Below are positions 1 through 15,197 of a stretch of DNA of 64,000 bases, one piece after another. The number at the start of each line of letters is the position of its first letter. Position 1 is the first letter of the stretch. Position numbers and translations under genes: made by a program. The stretch lies in the NCBI RefSeq assembly GCF_053078305.1, contig NZ_CP166879.1. The stretch is one strand, 5' to 3'. Below the pieces are notes generated by a model. That model was not told the DNA's origin. It did no database searches and saw nothing but the letters and a program-made list of their open reading frames with translations.

Positions 1-1924
<1,924 letters not shown>

Positions 1925-1966
1925 TTATAGCACAGTGGTGGTGACTTGACCACCGTGCGCGTAGTG

Positions 1967-3268
1967 TCAAGCAGAGGTAAATTGCGGGATGTTATGCCAT
2001 AACGGCCAGCTAAACGAGAAGCGGGCACCACCCAGTTCGCTGGTGTCACAATTAACCGTACCGCCCATTGCCAGTGCTATAGAGTGGACAATTGCCAGCC
2101 CCAGCCCGCAGCCGCCGGTTGAGCGATCCCGGCTGGGATCGAGGCGAACAAAAGGTTCAAAGATATGTTCGCGGTTTTCTGGGGCAATCCCTGGGCCATC
2201 ATCCTCAACAATTAATGTCGCTCTATTCCCCGACAGTAGCAGGCTGGTTTCAACCGTTGAATGGCAGTAGCGAAGGGCGTTATTGAGCAAATTATCCAGC
2301 ACGCGCTCCATTAAGCGCATATCCAACGCCGCATAATGGCCTTGCATGAGCGTTTTTATCCGTACCGTTTTATCGGGCGTTACTGCCTGAATATCTGCCA
2401 GATGCGTTGATAGCCACAACGGCAGGTCTGGTTCGCTAAGATGAAGCTCGTTTTGTGGGCGATCGAGTCGGGCATAAGTCAGCAGCTCTTCAATTAAAGC
2501 TTCAAGTTGACTGATATCACGATTCAACGCCTGGGATTCGGCGGCGCTCAGGTTATCGCTCATCTCCAGTCGATAACGCAGGCGCACTAACGGTGTTCGC
2601 AGTTCGTGAGCGATACCGTCAATAAGCTGTTTTTTGCTGGCAATCAAGGCGTTGATATTGTCCGCCATCTGGTTAAATGCGATACCAAGTCGTTCAAAGC
2701 TCGAACCCTCATCAAAGTGGATACGTTCATTGAGATGCCCATCGCCAAATCGTTGCGCCGCTGCTTCCAGTTTTAACATATCCTGCCAGTGCGGACGCAT
2801 CCAGATAAACACCGGAAAGGCGAGGGAAATAGCAATAAAAGCGATCAGGGCGATATCCAGCAATCGCATCTGATGGAGATAATAAAGATAAGGAACAGGA
2901 CCAACTGCCAGCACGTAGTGGCTGCGCGGGATACGCTGCAAAAACGTGTACTGATCGTCCAGGGCGACAATTTCGCCGCCACGCAGTCGGTGCATGGAAA
3001 TATCATCAAGATGGTATTTACTCAGTGGCTCGACACGCAGATCGAAAGAGAGATTTAAATCCATCTCTTTCAGCGTCTTACCCCAGTCGTGTGGGGGGAT
3101 CTCACGCAATTCGCTGCGCATCAGATACAGCGAACTGTTCATCAAATCATCCAGCGACTGTTTGCCCGCGCGTTCGGCGGTAAATTTGTACACCAGCCCA
3201 ACCAGCAGAGACATCACAAGGAAGCAGACAAACAATAACAGGTAAAACTGGATAAACAGTTTTTTCAT
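1967..3268 (-). CDS. rstB: Sensor histidine kinase RstB
   Basis: 433-aa minus-strand ORF; N-terminal TM segments, HAMP region, H-box (AHELRTPL) and HATPase C-terminus; synteny with rstA. Confidence 0.9.
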   Translation of the reverse strand: MKKLFIQFYLLLFVCFLVMSLLVGLVYKFTAERAGKQSLDDLMNSSLYLMRSELREIPPHDWGKTLKEMDLNLSFDLRVEPLSKYHLDDISMHRLRGGEIVALDDQYTFLQRIPRSHYVLAVGPVPYLYYLHQMRLLDIALIAFIAISLAFPVFIWMRPHWQDMLKLEAAAQRFGDGHLNERIHFDEGSSFERLGIAFNQMADNINALIASKKQLIDGIAHELRTPLVRLRYRLEMSDNLSAAESQALNRDISQLEALIEELLTYARLDRPQNELHLSEPDLPLWLSTHLADIQAVTPDKTVRIKTLMQGHYAALDMRLMERVLDNLLNNALRYCHSTVETSLLLSGNRATLIVEDDGPGIAPENREHIFEPFVRLDPSRDRSTGGCGLGLAIVHSIALAMGGTVNCDTSELGGARFSFSWPLWHNIPQFTSA

Positions 3269-3271
3269 CGC

Positions 3272-3991
3272 TTATTCCCATGCATGAGGCGCAAAAAGAT
3301 AGCCTTTGTTACGCACAGTTTTAATGCGATAAGGTTCTGCGGCGTTATCGAGCAGTTTTTTTCTTAACCGCGAAATAGCCACGTCCACGCTACGATCCAG
3401 TCCGTCATAACTGACGCCGCGTAAATTTTTCAGCAATGCATCGCGGTCCATGATTTGCCCGGCATGGGTAGCTAATTCCCACAATAATTCGAAATCAGCT
3501 GTCGAGAGCGAGATTTCAGTGTTAGCCAGGGTGACTACGCGGTTGATGGGATCGATGGTCAACGTGCCGAAATGCAGGGCTTTGTAGGGAGTCAGAGACG
3601 TTTCCTGAAGACCTTTGGTCAGTGTGGCTTGCTCATTCTGACGCAAATGCAAACGTAAACGCGCTAACAAAACAGCAGGGGGCGTCGTTTTGAGAATATA
3701 GTCGCAGGCACCCATTTCCAGTGCCAGGATATGGTTCATATCGCTATCGAGAGAGGTTAGAAGAACAATCGGTCCGGACCACTTTGCGCGTAAATCACGA
3801 CAAATGGTCATGCCGTCCTTGCCTGGTAGCATGATGTCGAGTAACACCAAATCCGGATTTTCTCGCAAAATGGTTTCTTCGGCCTGGTCGCCGCGCGGCT
3901 CTACGGTAACCTGCATATCATGTTTTGCCAGGTACGCGGCAATCAGTGAACCGACTTCCGCATCATCTTCCACAAATACGATAGTGTTCAT
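3272..3991 (-). CDS. rstA: Response regulator RstA (OmpR family)
   Basis: Translation MNTIVFVEDD... with receiver and winged-helix domains; track ORF trimmed by 20 codons to the ATG at 3989-3991. Confidence 0.9.
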   Translation of the reverse strand: MNTIVFVEDDAEVGSLIAAYLAKHDMQVTVEPRGDQAEETILRENPDLVLLDIMLPGKDGMTICRDLRAKWSGPIVLLTSLDSDMNHILALEMGACDYILKTTPPAVLLARLRLHLRQNEQATLTKGLQETSLTPYKALHFGTLTIDPINRVVTLANTEISLSTADFELLWELATHAGQIMDRDALLKNLRGVSYDGLDRSVDVAISRLRKKLLDNAAEPYRIKTVRNKGYLFAPHAWE

Positions 3992-4119
3992 AACATTCAC
4001 GGTAGATATAAAAACGTCACAATACACCGCGCTGTTTTTACTTACTATCAATCGTTTCTAAACAAGTTTTCATCAGGTATTCTACTGATGACTTGTTATG
4101 GAAGTGTTAAGGTAAAAAG

Positions 4120-4455
4120 ATGGGGCTGGTAATCAAAGCCGCGCTCGGTGCGCTGGTAGTGCTGTTGATTGGTGTTTTAGCAAAAACGAAAAATTATTAT
4201 ATCGCCGGGCTGATTCCACTTTTCCCGACCTTTGCGCTCATCGCGCATTATATTGTTGCCAGCGAACGTGGCATCGAAGCCTTGCGTGCAACCATCATTT
4301 TTAGCATGTGGTCGATTATTCCCTATTTTGTTTACCTGGTGTCACTGTGGTATTTCACCGGAATGATGCGCTTACCCGCTGCTTTTGTTGGTTCTGTTGC
4401 GTGTTGGGGGATAAGCGCATGGGTGTTGATTATATGCTGGATAAAGCTGCATTAA
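4120..4455 (+). CDS. ydgC: Inner membrane protein YdgC (GlpM family)
   Basis: 111-aa hydrophobic ORF between rstA and folM, matching K-12 gene order. Confidence 0.8.
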   Translation: MGLVIKAALGALVVLLIGVLAKTKNYYIAGLIPLFPTFALIAHYIVASERGIEALRATIIFSMWSIIPYFVYLVSLWYFTGMMRLPAAFVGSVACWGISAWVLIICWIKLH

Positions 4456-5174
4456 CGCAGATGACGACCGCCATCAAGTGGGAAACTGCGTCCGGTGACA
4501 AAGCAACTGGTAAGTAAGTAATCGACCAGGTCGATCACTTCTTTCTCGCCAGGCGCGGTTTTCATCAGTGATTTATTCAGCGCCTGTTGTCGATATTCGG
4601 CATCATCATGTTCATTAAACAGGATCAGCGATGGCGCAATAGAATTCACTTTCACTTCCGGTGCCAGCTTGCGGGCAAACGAGCGGGTCATATTATCCAG
4701 TGCCGCTTTGCTTGCAGCATACGCAATATGCTTGTCGCTACCGCGCTCCACCACATAATCGGTAAAGTGAATGATATCGCTGGCGGCGTGTCCGTGCCCA
4801 CGCAGTAATCTTTCCAGCGCATGGTTGAGCAGGTATGGGGTATTAACGTGGATCTGCATCATGCAAGCCAGTACGTCGGCCAGTGGCGCACCCGGTTTTT
4901 CCGCCATCCACGCACTGGCGTTATGCAAAATAGCACGCAGACCATGGGTGCTTTTTAGTACTTCATCGGCAAACGCCATCACACCGTCGTTGGTCGAAAA
5001 ATCAGCCTGAATACACTGCGCACCTGCATTAATCAGTCCATCAATGGCTGGATAGTGTGTCCGATAGCTGACAATCACCGGTTGCTTTTGATTAATGAAA
5101 TGCCATGCAAGGGCGAGGCCGATGCGACGACCTCCGCCAGTAATTAATATTGGCAAGGGCTGGGTTTTACCCAT
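4452..5174 (-). CDS. folM: Dihydromonapterin reductase FolM (short-chain dehydrogenase)
   Basis: 240-aa ORF with N-terminal TGGGRRIG dinucleotide-binding motif and YxxxK active-site pattern; synteny. Confidence 0.85.
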   Translation of the reverse strand: MGKTQPLPILITGGGRRIGLALAWHFINQKQPVIVSYRTHYPAIDGLINAGAQCIQADFSTNDGVMAFADEVLKSTHGLRAILHNASAWMAEKPGAPLADVLACMMQIHVNTPYLLNHALERLLRGHGHAASDIIHFTDYVVERGSDKHIAYAASKAALDNMTRSFARKLAPEVKVNSIAPSLILFNEHDDAEYRQQALNKSLMKTAPGEKEVIDLVDYLLTSCFVTGRSFPLDGGRHLR

Positions 5175-5210
5175 CGTTATCTCCTTTACTATCCAACGAT
5201 GGGATGAACG

Positions 5211-6593
5211 TTATCCCACCAGCATCCAGGTCGCCGGAACTGAGGCAATTAACAGCATGCCAATCAGCACCATTTCCTGACGGTTCAGTACATTATCATG
5301 TGTATGCGTTTTGCGCGCATACAGGAAAACCAGCAGCCCCGGTGCATACAGAACAACGGATAACAGCAAGTGCATTGGACCAGAGGCGTACAATAACCAT
5401 AAGCCATAAATGCAGGCACCGACACCTACCGCTTTATGCAGTGGACGGGTTGCGATTTTCAGCAAGAACGCGCCGACCAGGAAATAGGGCACCAGAATCA
5501 TTTCTGAGGCGATGGTCAGCAACGTGTTGTAATCGGAACCGGTCAGCCAGATGAGTACCAGACAAATTTGCACGCAGATGTTGGTCAACCACAGTGAGGC
5601 GGATGGCGCAGCTTGTGCGTTCTGGCGCGCAAAAATGCGTGGGAATGCTTTATGAGTGGCAGCCAGGAACGGAACTTCTGCCGCCATGATGGTCCAGCTT
5701 AAGTACGCGCCGCAAACGGAAACGATCAAACCGGCAGCGATGATGATTTCGCCCCATGGTCCCATCATTTCCACCATCAGACCGGCCATTGATGGGTTAC
5801 GAATTTCAGCCAGTTCAGGACGTGCCACCACACCCAGCGAAAGCAGCGTTACCAGCAAGTAAACGCCCAGAGCGGAGAGAACCGCCAGTAGTGTCGCTTT
5901 GCCAACATCACGTTTATTACGCGCACGCGCAGAAACAACCACGGCACCTTCCACACCAATGAAAACCCACAGGGTGATCAGCATGGTGTTTTTCACCTGT
6001 TCCCAAACAGGTACGCCAAGTGCAAGTCCGGTGAAGTCGAGCTTGAAGGTATCCAGTTTGAACATCATCATCGCCAGCACAACAAACAGACCCAGCGGCA
6101 ACAATTTTGCCAGTGTCGCCACCAGGTTAATGCTGGCAGCGGTTTGCACCCCGCGCAGGATCAAAAAGTGAACAATCCACAATAAAGCCGATGCACCGAC
6201 TATCGATTGCCAGGTATTACCATCGCCAAACAGGCGCAATTCCGGCGTGTCCGTAAAAAAGCTTAACGCGGAAAAAACGATCACCAGATAGGAGACGTTG
6301 GCGATGACTGCACACAGCCAGTATCCCCATGCGGAACAAAAGCCGATTAGCTCGCCAAACCCTTCGCGGGCATAGGTAAAGATACCGCCGTCAAGTTCGG
6401 GACGAATGCGCGTGAGGATCAGCATGGCAAAGGCCAGCAATAAAATGCCAGCGCCAGTAATACCCCAGCCGATGAGCAGTGCTGCCGGGCTGGCAACTGC
6501 CGCCATATTTTGCGGCAGACTGAAAACACCCGCGCCCAGCATTGAGCTTAATACCAGCGCGGTGAGTGCGCTCAGTCCCAGTTTCTTTTCCAT
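5211..6593 (-). CDS. ydgI: Amino-acid antiporter YdgI/ArcD family (APC transporter)
   Basis: 460-aa polytopic membrane ORF; conserved position between folM and ydgH. Confidence 0.85.
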   Translation of the reverse strand: MEKKLGLSALTALVLSSMLGAGVFSLPQNMAAVASPAALLIGWGITGAGILLLAFAMLILTRIRPELDGGIFTYAREGFGELIGFCSAWGYWLCAVIANVSYLVIVFSALSFFTDTPELRLFGDGNTWQSIVGASALLWIVHFLILRGVQTAASINLVATLAKLLPLGLFVVLAMMMFKLDTFKLDFTGLALGVPVWEQVKNTMLITLWVFIGVEGAVVVSARARNKRDVGKATLLAVLSALGVYLLVTLLSLGVVARPELAEIRNPSMAGLMVEMMGPWGEIIIAAGLIVSVCGAYLSWTIMAAEVPFLAATHKAFPRIFARQNAQAAPSASLWLTNICVQICLVLIWLTGSDYNTLLTIASEMILVPYFLVGAFLLKIATRPLHKAVGVGACIYGLWLLYASGPMHLLLSVVLYAPGLLVFLYARKTHTHDNVLNRQEMVLIGMLLIASVPATWMLVG

Positions 6594-6725
6594 CGATATC
6601 CAGTGATTAAAACGTGATAAGAAGAATAAATATTAGGGCAAAACGCATAAAAATGGAGTTTGCCACTGAAGCGCGGGATTTTACGAAGAGATGTGTCTGC
6701 ATGCAATGGTCGTAGGGAAATTTGT

Positions 6726-6760
6726 GACTAAAAATGCGAAAGGCGGCATCAAGCCGCCTT
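6726..6760 (-). terminator. Putative intrinsic terminator downstream of ydgH
   Basis: Hairpin AGGCGGC-ATCAA-GCCGCCT (6741-6760) followed on the minus strand by a T-rich run. Confidence 0.4.
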
Positions 6761-6778
6761 ATAGGAGTAACTGAATAG

Positions 6779-7723
6779 TTATTTATACAGATCTGCGCTG
6801 ACGGTCAGGTTATTACCACGTTCCTGCCACTGGCGGGTGATGTGGTAATACTTAGCACCTTTCTTCGCGGCACGTTTCGCAACCTGATAGGAGACTTCGG
6901 TCATGTTGCCGTAGTTGCCAGAGAATTTGATGCTGTCGAACGGGACCATCATCGCTGCTGTCGCTTTGTTCAGTTCTTCGACTTTAGTGCCATCCGGGAG
7001 CGTGACGGTGTAACGCCCGCCTTTTGATGACTGGGTTTCAAAGAAGCGACCGACTTCAGAACTTGGTGATGCGGTAGTCGCAACACCCGGGATCTCAACT
7101 TTCTTCGCGGCTTCGCCACCGGCAGCCAGAGCTGCACGTCCTGCTTCGGAATCTGCCGGGATCACATCCGGGCTCTGGACGATACGTTTCTTAGCATCTT
7201 TTTTATAGATGAATGCAGTAATACGCTGGTTGCCGCCCTGGTTGGCATCGATTTGACGAACGATGTAGAAAGAGTAGGCACCTTTCGCTTTTGCCGCTTT
7301 GGTGATGGCATCATTGACTTCTGGCTGGCTACGATAGAAGCCCTGGACGGTGACCGTGTCAAACGGTTCAATCAGAACAGCCTGATCTTTCGGCAGTTCG
7401 ACAACACCGTTAATTACGCGATTACTTGTTTCTTCTGCTTTTTCAGCATCGGCTTTATAGAGGTCAGCGACCACACGCCAGTTACCGCTGTTACCAAAAT
7501 CAGAAGTGTCGACAACATAAAAAGAGGCGGCACCTTCTTTATCTGCGCGACGAGAAACGGCTTTCACCGCTTCGCCAATAGCATTAAAACGACCGGTAAC
7601 CACTACACGGTCAAAAGGTTTAACCGCTGCCGCTTGCTCCGGTGTCAGTTCTGTTGCTGCGTTAACGGAGAATGCCGTAGCAGAAAGCAGTGCCGACGCC
7701 AGGAGGGTGTTCTTAAGCTTCAT
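6779..7723 (-). CDS. ydgH: Periplasmic protein YdgH (DUF1471 repeats)
   Basis: 314-aa ORF with signal peptide and three internally repeated segments; synteny. Confidence 0.85.
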   Translation of the reverse strand: MKLKNTLLASALLSATAFSVNAATELTPEQAAAVKPFDRVVVTGRFNAIGEAVKAVSRRADKEGAASFYVVDTSDFGNSGNWRVVADLYKADAEKAEETSNRVINGVVELPKDQAVLIEPFDTVTVQGFYRSQPEVNDAITKAAKAKGAYSFYIVRQIDANQGGNQRITAFIYKKDAKKRIVQSPDVIPADSEAGRAALAAGGEAAKKVEIPGVATTASPSSEVGRFFETQSSKGGRYTVTLPDGTKVEELNKATAAMMVPFDSIKFSGNYGNMTEVSYQVAKRAAKKGAKYYHITRQWQERGNNLTVSADLYK

Positions 7724-8183
7724 AAAAATAATCCTTCGCCTTGCGCAAACCAGGTACTGGTATTGTTATTAACGAGAAACGTGGCTGATTATTGCATTTA
7801 AACGGTGTAACTGTCTGCGTCATTTTTCATATCACATTCCTTAAGCCAATTTTAATCCTGCTCAAATGACCGTCTATGCTTAAAAAACAGCCGTATCAGC
7901 ATCATTACTACTGAAGCAACTGAATTGTATAAGTTAATTTAATGTTAAGTAGTGATTCGTGCCGGGGCGATGTCTCGTTTTACCCGACCGTCGAAGACAA
8001 TTATCAGTCTTTATCCGGCGTTCTAAGGTGTTTATCCCACTATCACGGCTGAATCGTTAATATTTTGCGAGTTCACGCCGAAATACTGATTTTTGGCGCT
8101 AGATCACAGGCATAATTTTCAGTACGTTATAGGGCGTTTGTTACTAATTTATTTTAACGGAGTAACATTTAGCTCGTACATGA

Positions 8184-9779
<1,596 letters not shown>

Positions 9780-9786
9780 GGGGTAA

Positions 9787-11178
<1,392 letters not shown>

Positions 11179-11182
11179 CCCT

Positions 11183-11214
11183 GACGGCCTCTGCGGAGGC
11201 CGTCACTCTTTATT
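11183..11214 (+). terminator. Intrinsic terminator after pntB
   Basis: GC-rich hairpin GACGGCCTC-TGC-GGAGGCCGTC followed by ACTCTTTATT; overlaps the convergent tqsA stop. Confidence 0.6.
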
Positions 11215-12237
11215 GAGATCGCTTAACAGAACGGCGATGCTTTGACCTCCCGCTGTTTGTTCAAGCGCAATTTTGACAATAATTGTCAACGGCACGGAAA
11301 GCAGCATACCCACCGGTCCTAACAACCATCCCCAAAAAATCAACGACAAAAATACCACCAATGTGGAAAGACCCAGCCCACGCCCCATGATGCGCGGCTC
11401 CAGAATATTGCCGAAGACCAGATTAATCAGCAGATATCCCGCCAGCACCAGCAACGCTTCGTAGAAGCCATTAAATACCAGTACCTGAGCGATAGGGGGG
11501 ATTGCCGCGAGAACTGAACCAATATTAGGGATGTAATTAAGCGCAAAGGCCAGCAATCCCCAGACAAAAGCGAAGCGAACATCGAGGGCGGCGAGCATCG
11601 CCCATGCGACCAGGCCGGTGATGATGCTGATGGCTGTTTTCAGCACCAGATAATGAGACACACTGTCAATCGCACGCTGAATCGCCGCCATCCCTTCAAC
11701 CGGACGCGCCATCATTTGCTGAAATTTTCCGGGCAATTGTGGCACTTCGAGCAGCATAAACAGCACCGTCAGCAGCAATAAAAATATTGATGACATGGCA
11801 TTAGATAACTGCGTCAATAAGTTGGTGAGCAACGTCATCGCCGCGTTCGGATCAATGTAATGCGCCAGTTGGTCAACTGAGACGTCAATCCCTACGCGTT
11901 GCAACAACGGCTCAAGAGCTTGCAGCGGCGTCATAATAGAGTTGCGATATTGCGGTAACGTCCGCGTCAACTCGTTGAGCGCGGAACCCAGATAAGCTAA
12001 CAGCAACACCATAGCCATCACAATGATGGTCATCAAAATCGACACCGCCAGTACACGCGGCACTCGCCAGCGGACCATGTGTTGCACCAGCGGGTTAAGA
12101 ATAACAGCAATAAATAATGCGAGAATAAACGGCACGATGATCTCGGCGGCAAAACGGATACCGCAGAGAATAATGACCAGCATTCCCAACATAATGACGA
12201 TTTTTAGGCCATTGAGCGTGATGATCGGCTTTGCCAT
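11203..12237 (-). CDS. tqsA: AI-2 transport protein TqsA (YdgG)
   Basis: 344-aa polytopic membrane ORF ([14 protein letters not shown]...); synteny. Confidence 0.85.
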
Positions 12238-12648
12238 GCTTGTCCCCGTTTTTTCTTCCTTTGCTAATAATAATGTCTTTTTCGCTCCGTCATCATAACG
12301 AAAATCAAACCGCTCAGGTAAAGAAGTGAAAATATTTTGAGTTAATTCTTAAGCTATGATACAAATCAGGCGTGTTCAACTACCGAGGACAATTATCATC
12401 CGCGATGACGAGAAGCAACACTGCGGATAATTGTAATATTATGGACAATTTGTTCAGGACGTTATTTTCTACATTTACCCATCTTCGTACCTCATCCACT
12501 ATCTTGCTCGTAGGTGAGCAGCACTGGCGCAACGCGCTTTAGTCCTTTCTTCTGCCAAAGCTTGCGCTAAGCGCGGGGCTTGACCACTTTACTTTGGTTT
12601 CGCTGAATTAAGCGAAAATTAAAATAATTCTCTTGCAGGAGAAGGACA

Positions 12649-13014
12649 ATGTATATTTATTGGATTTTATTAGGTCTGGCTATTGCTACAGAAATTACCG
12701 GTACGCTGTCCATGAAATGGGCGAGCGTCAGTGAGGGAAATGGCGGTTTTATTTTAATGCTGGTGATGATTTCTCTGTCGTATATATTTCTCTCTATCGC
12801 CGTTAAAAAAATCGCCTTAGGCGTAGCTTATGCGCTGTGGGAAGGTATCGGTATTTTATTTATTACCTTGTTTAGCGTTTTGTTATTCGACGAAAGTTTA
12901 TCGCTGATGAAAATTGCCGGGTTAACCACCCTGGTCGCCGGGATTGTGTTGATAAAATCAGGTACCCGTAAAGCGCGTAAACCTGAACTGGAGGTGAACC
13001 ATGGCGCAGTTTGA
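12649..13014 (+). CDS. mdtJ: Spermidine export protein MdtJ (SMR family)
   Basis: 121-aa four-helix SMR-type ORF; long upstream leader (12250-12648); overlaps mdtI. Confidence 0.9.
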   Translation: MYIYWILLGLAIATEITGTLSMKWASVSEGNGGFILMLVMISLSYIFLSIAVKKIALGVAYALWEGIGILFITLFSVLLFDESLSLMKIAGLTTLVAGIVLIKSGTRKARKPELEVNHGAV

Positions 13015-13330
13015 ATGGGTTCACGCCGCCTGGCTGGCATTGGCAATCGTGCTGGAAATCGTTGCTAACGTCTTTTTGAAATTTTCTGACGGCTTTCGTC
13101 GCAAAATATTTGGCTTGCTCTCCCTGGCGGCGGTGCTGGCTGCCTTTAGTGCGCTTTCTCAGGCCGTTATAGGGATCGACTTGTCTGTCGCTTATGCATT
13201 GTGGGGCGGGTTTGGTATTGCCGCCACGTTAGCCGCAGGTTGGATCTTGTTTGGTCAACGGTTAAATCGTAAAGGCTGGATTGGCCTGGTCTTGCTGTTG
13301 GCTGGAATGATCATGGTGAAACTTGCCTGA
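13001..13330 (+). CDS. mdtI: Spermidine export protein MdtI (SMR family)
   Basis: 109-aa SMR-type ORF overlapping the mdtJ 3' end. Confidence 0.9.
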   Translation: MAQFEWVHAAWLALAIVLEIVANVFLKFSDGFRRKIFGLLSLAAVLAAFSALSQAVIGIDLSVAYALWGGFGIAATLAAGWILFGQRLNRKGWIGLVLLLAGMIMVKLA

Positions 13331-13335
13331 TGAAC

Positions 13336-13377
13336 ACGCTGCCCGCACAGTCGGGCAGCGTTTGAACATTATTTTTG
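13336..13377 (+). terminator. Terminator between convergent mdtI and ydgD
   Basis: 10-bp perfect stem ACGCTGCCCG/CGGGCAGCGT followed by TTGAACATTATTTTT. Confidence 0.6.
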
Positions 13378-14190
13378 CGACAGTTGATCCAGCTTGTCGC
13401 GAAAACCGGTAACAGAAATGGCCCGGTTATCGGCGCGCCAGCGATCTTTCGCGGCAGGAGCCGAACTTTGCACCCCAATTAATTGCCAGCCGTCATCGGT
13501 ATGCAACATCAGAGGCGAACCGCTGTCACCCGGCAAGGTATCGCACTGATGTGACATCACCGACGTTTGCGCCCAGCCAGTCACTTCACAGTTTTGATGA
13601 CTGTACAACGTATCGAGATGATCTTCAGGGTATCCTGCCTGAGTCACTTTACGACCTGCCGCTTTTAATGCGGCGGTAAGCGCGGCTTTATCTCCCTCAA
13701 ATAACGGCAACGGCGTAATGCCAGAAGGGGGATTACGTAGCACAATCAATCCGAAGTCCCACGGCGCGGCTGCGGGAGGTACAATCCAACCATCCCCATC
13801 TGCTTTTAACCGCTTTCCCAGTGTCGGATCAACGCGGCCTTCTATGTCGTGGATGTCATAGCGCCAAAGACCTTTATTTGACACAAAACGCAGCGCCACT
13901 GCTTTATCGGCTTTACCCCTTGGAGGTGTCAATAAACAGTGTCCTGCCGTTAATGCCAGATTGGGTGCAATCAGCGTCGCCGTACATAAATTGCCGCTGG
14001 CCGTTTCCAGTTGCCCAACCGCATCCCACGGTGATTGGGTCGTGTCATTCACTGGCACACGATCATCATGACCAAAAAACAGGGTGCTGACCTCATCGTT
14101 TGCCGATTTGGCAACGTCTGGTTTATCTGCAAACACAAAAGCAGACGTCAAACTAATTGCACCCAACACTACAGCAATGGTTGTACGCAT
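13369..14190 (-). CDS. ydgD: Trypsin-like serine peptidase YdgD
   Basis: 273-aa ORF with signal peptide, TAGHC histidine motif and GDSGSP serine motif. Confidence 0.85.
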   Translation of the reverse strand: MRTTIAVVLGAISLTSAFVFADKPDVAKSANDEVSTLFFGHDDRVPVNDTTQSPWDAVGQLETASGNLCTATLIAPNLALTAGHCLLTPPRGKADKAVALRFVSNKGLWRYDIHDIEGRVDPTLGKRLKADGDGWIVPPAAAPWDFGLIVLRNPPSGITPLPLFEGDKAALTAALKAAGRKVTQAGYPEDHLDTLYSHQNCEVTGWAQTSVMSHQCDTLPGDSGSPLMLHTDDGWQLIGVQSSAPAAKDRWRADNRAISVTGFRDKLDQLSQK

Positions 14191-14289
14191 ATCACACTCT
14201 GGTGGGTAATTATGATTATTAAAAGCAAACCCTCATAAATACTATAGACGGGACGGGATGAAAGTGGGAGTAAAATCAGATAACTACAG

Positions 14290-14373
14290 TCAGGAAAGAT
14301 AAAAACGGGCGGCAATCAGTGCGCATAAAATAAGGATGATAAGAATGAACTCAAAGCGATAACGGCCCACCAT
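14290..14373 (-). CDS. ydgU: Small membrane protein YdgU (27 aa)
   Basis: Minus-strand translation MVGRYRFEFILIILILCALIAARFYLS; matches the position of the K-12 small protein between asr and ydgD. Confidence 0.55.
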   Translation of the reverse strand: MVGRYRFEFILIILILCALIAARFYLS

Positions 14374-14465
14374 ACTACCCTCCGCTAAAGGCGGTGCTAA
14401 ACGTTACCCGCTTAGCACCGTAATTTTCAGGCGCGAGGGGGCGCGCCAGCATTACTGTTGAAAAC

Positions 14466-14774
14466 TTACGCTGCGGGTTGTGCAGCAGGTTTTGCCGGTT
14501 GCTGATGGCTGTGTTTCTTGGCGTGTTTCTTCGCTGCCTGCGCTTTTTGTTCTGGGGCTTTCTGTTCAGCTTTCGCATTTTTATGATGCTTTTTAGCCGC
14601 CTGCGCTTTCTGGGCAGGTGCTGCTTTATGCTGTTTTTTATGATGTGTAGTTTTCGCCGGTGCTGCTTTGGTGGTCGTCGCAGTCGGAGCAGGTGTGGTC
14701 GCAGTCTCTGCAGCAAAGGCGGCAGAAGACAGACCCATAGCAGCGGCAACAACCAGAGCTAATACTTTTTTCAT
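14466..14774 (-). CDS. asr: Acid shock protein Asr
   Basis: Translation [21 protein letters not shown] followed by a low-complexity A/K/H/Q-rich repeat; track ORF trimmed by 9 codons. Confidence 0.85.
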   Translation of the reverse strand: MKKVLALVVAAAMGLSSAAFAAETATTPAPTATTTKAAPAKTTHHKKQHKAAPAQKAQAAKKHHKNAKAEQKAPEQKAQAAKKHAKKHSHQQPAKPAAQPAA

Positions 14775-14877
14775 TGTCATACCCTCAATTTGTTTTTTCA
14801 TTTAACCCCACTGCGGGGCCGTTGAAATAACTATATCCCTGGGAATGGCAGACTTCCGTGAGTGGTTGGTTTCAGCG

Positions 14878-14893
14878 TGTAACGATATGTACA
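14878..14893 (-). promoter_or_regulatory. RstA box upstream of asr
   Basis: Minus-strand TGTACATATCGTTACA fits the reported RstA consensus TACATNTNGTTACA, about 105 bp upstream of the asr start. Confidence 0.55.
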
Positions 14894-15197
14894 AACGCTG
14901 AATAAATTACAGCGTTGATAATAACGTATTGTGACTTAAGGAAAATTTAGCTACCAATAATAGTAGTCTTGATCGGGTTAACTATTTTACTACTTACAAA
15001 GCGGTAGAATAACTGCGCATCAGTAATAAATGACACACAGCAAAATGAATCCGTTTATTTGGGTACTTATAATCCTGATGACGCTAGACGCGCTGCGGGA
15101 ATTGGCTGGCGCTTCGTCTATTTTAGGATGGCTATTAACGTTGGTTTGAGTAGGCAATAAGTCCGGACGGGTATTTACCGCAGTCCGGACTTATTTT

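Noticed and set aside
3992-4051. N-terminal extensions in track ORFs (rstA to 4051, pntA from 8193, asr to 14801, clcB to 20895, dmsD to 21653, ynfH to 22781, rspA from 30975, rspB from 32210)
   Set aside because: Extensions precede the recognised native N-termini and lack ribosome-binding sites; starts were trimmed to the conserved methionines.
3992-4119. Possible PhoP box upstream of rstA (TGTTTAGAAACGATTGAT on the minus strand, about 4045-4068)
   Set aside because: Only the first half-site matches TGTTTA; the second half-site is poor, so not reported as a feature.
14375-14762. Alternate-frame ORFs overlapping asr
   Set aside because: Products of the repetitive low-complexity asr sequence; asr itself has the signal peptide and known composition.
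15150-15197. Inverted repeat AAGTCCGGAC...GTCCGGACTT downstream of ynfM, considered as its terminator
   Set aside because: No T-run follows it in the ynfM (minus) direction; may be a REP-like element or a + strand terminator without an obvious upstream gene, so left unannotated.
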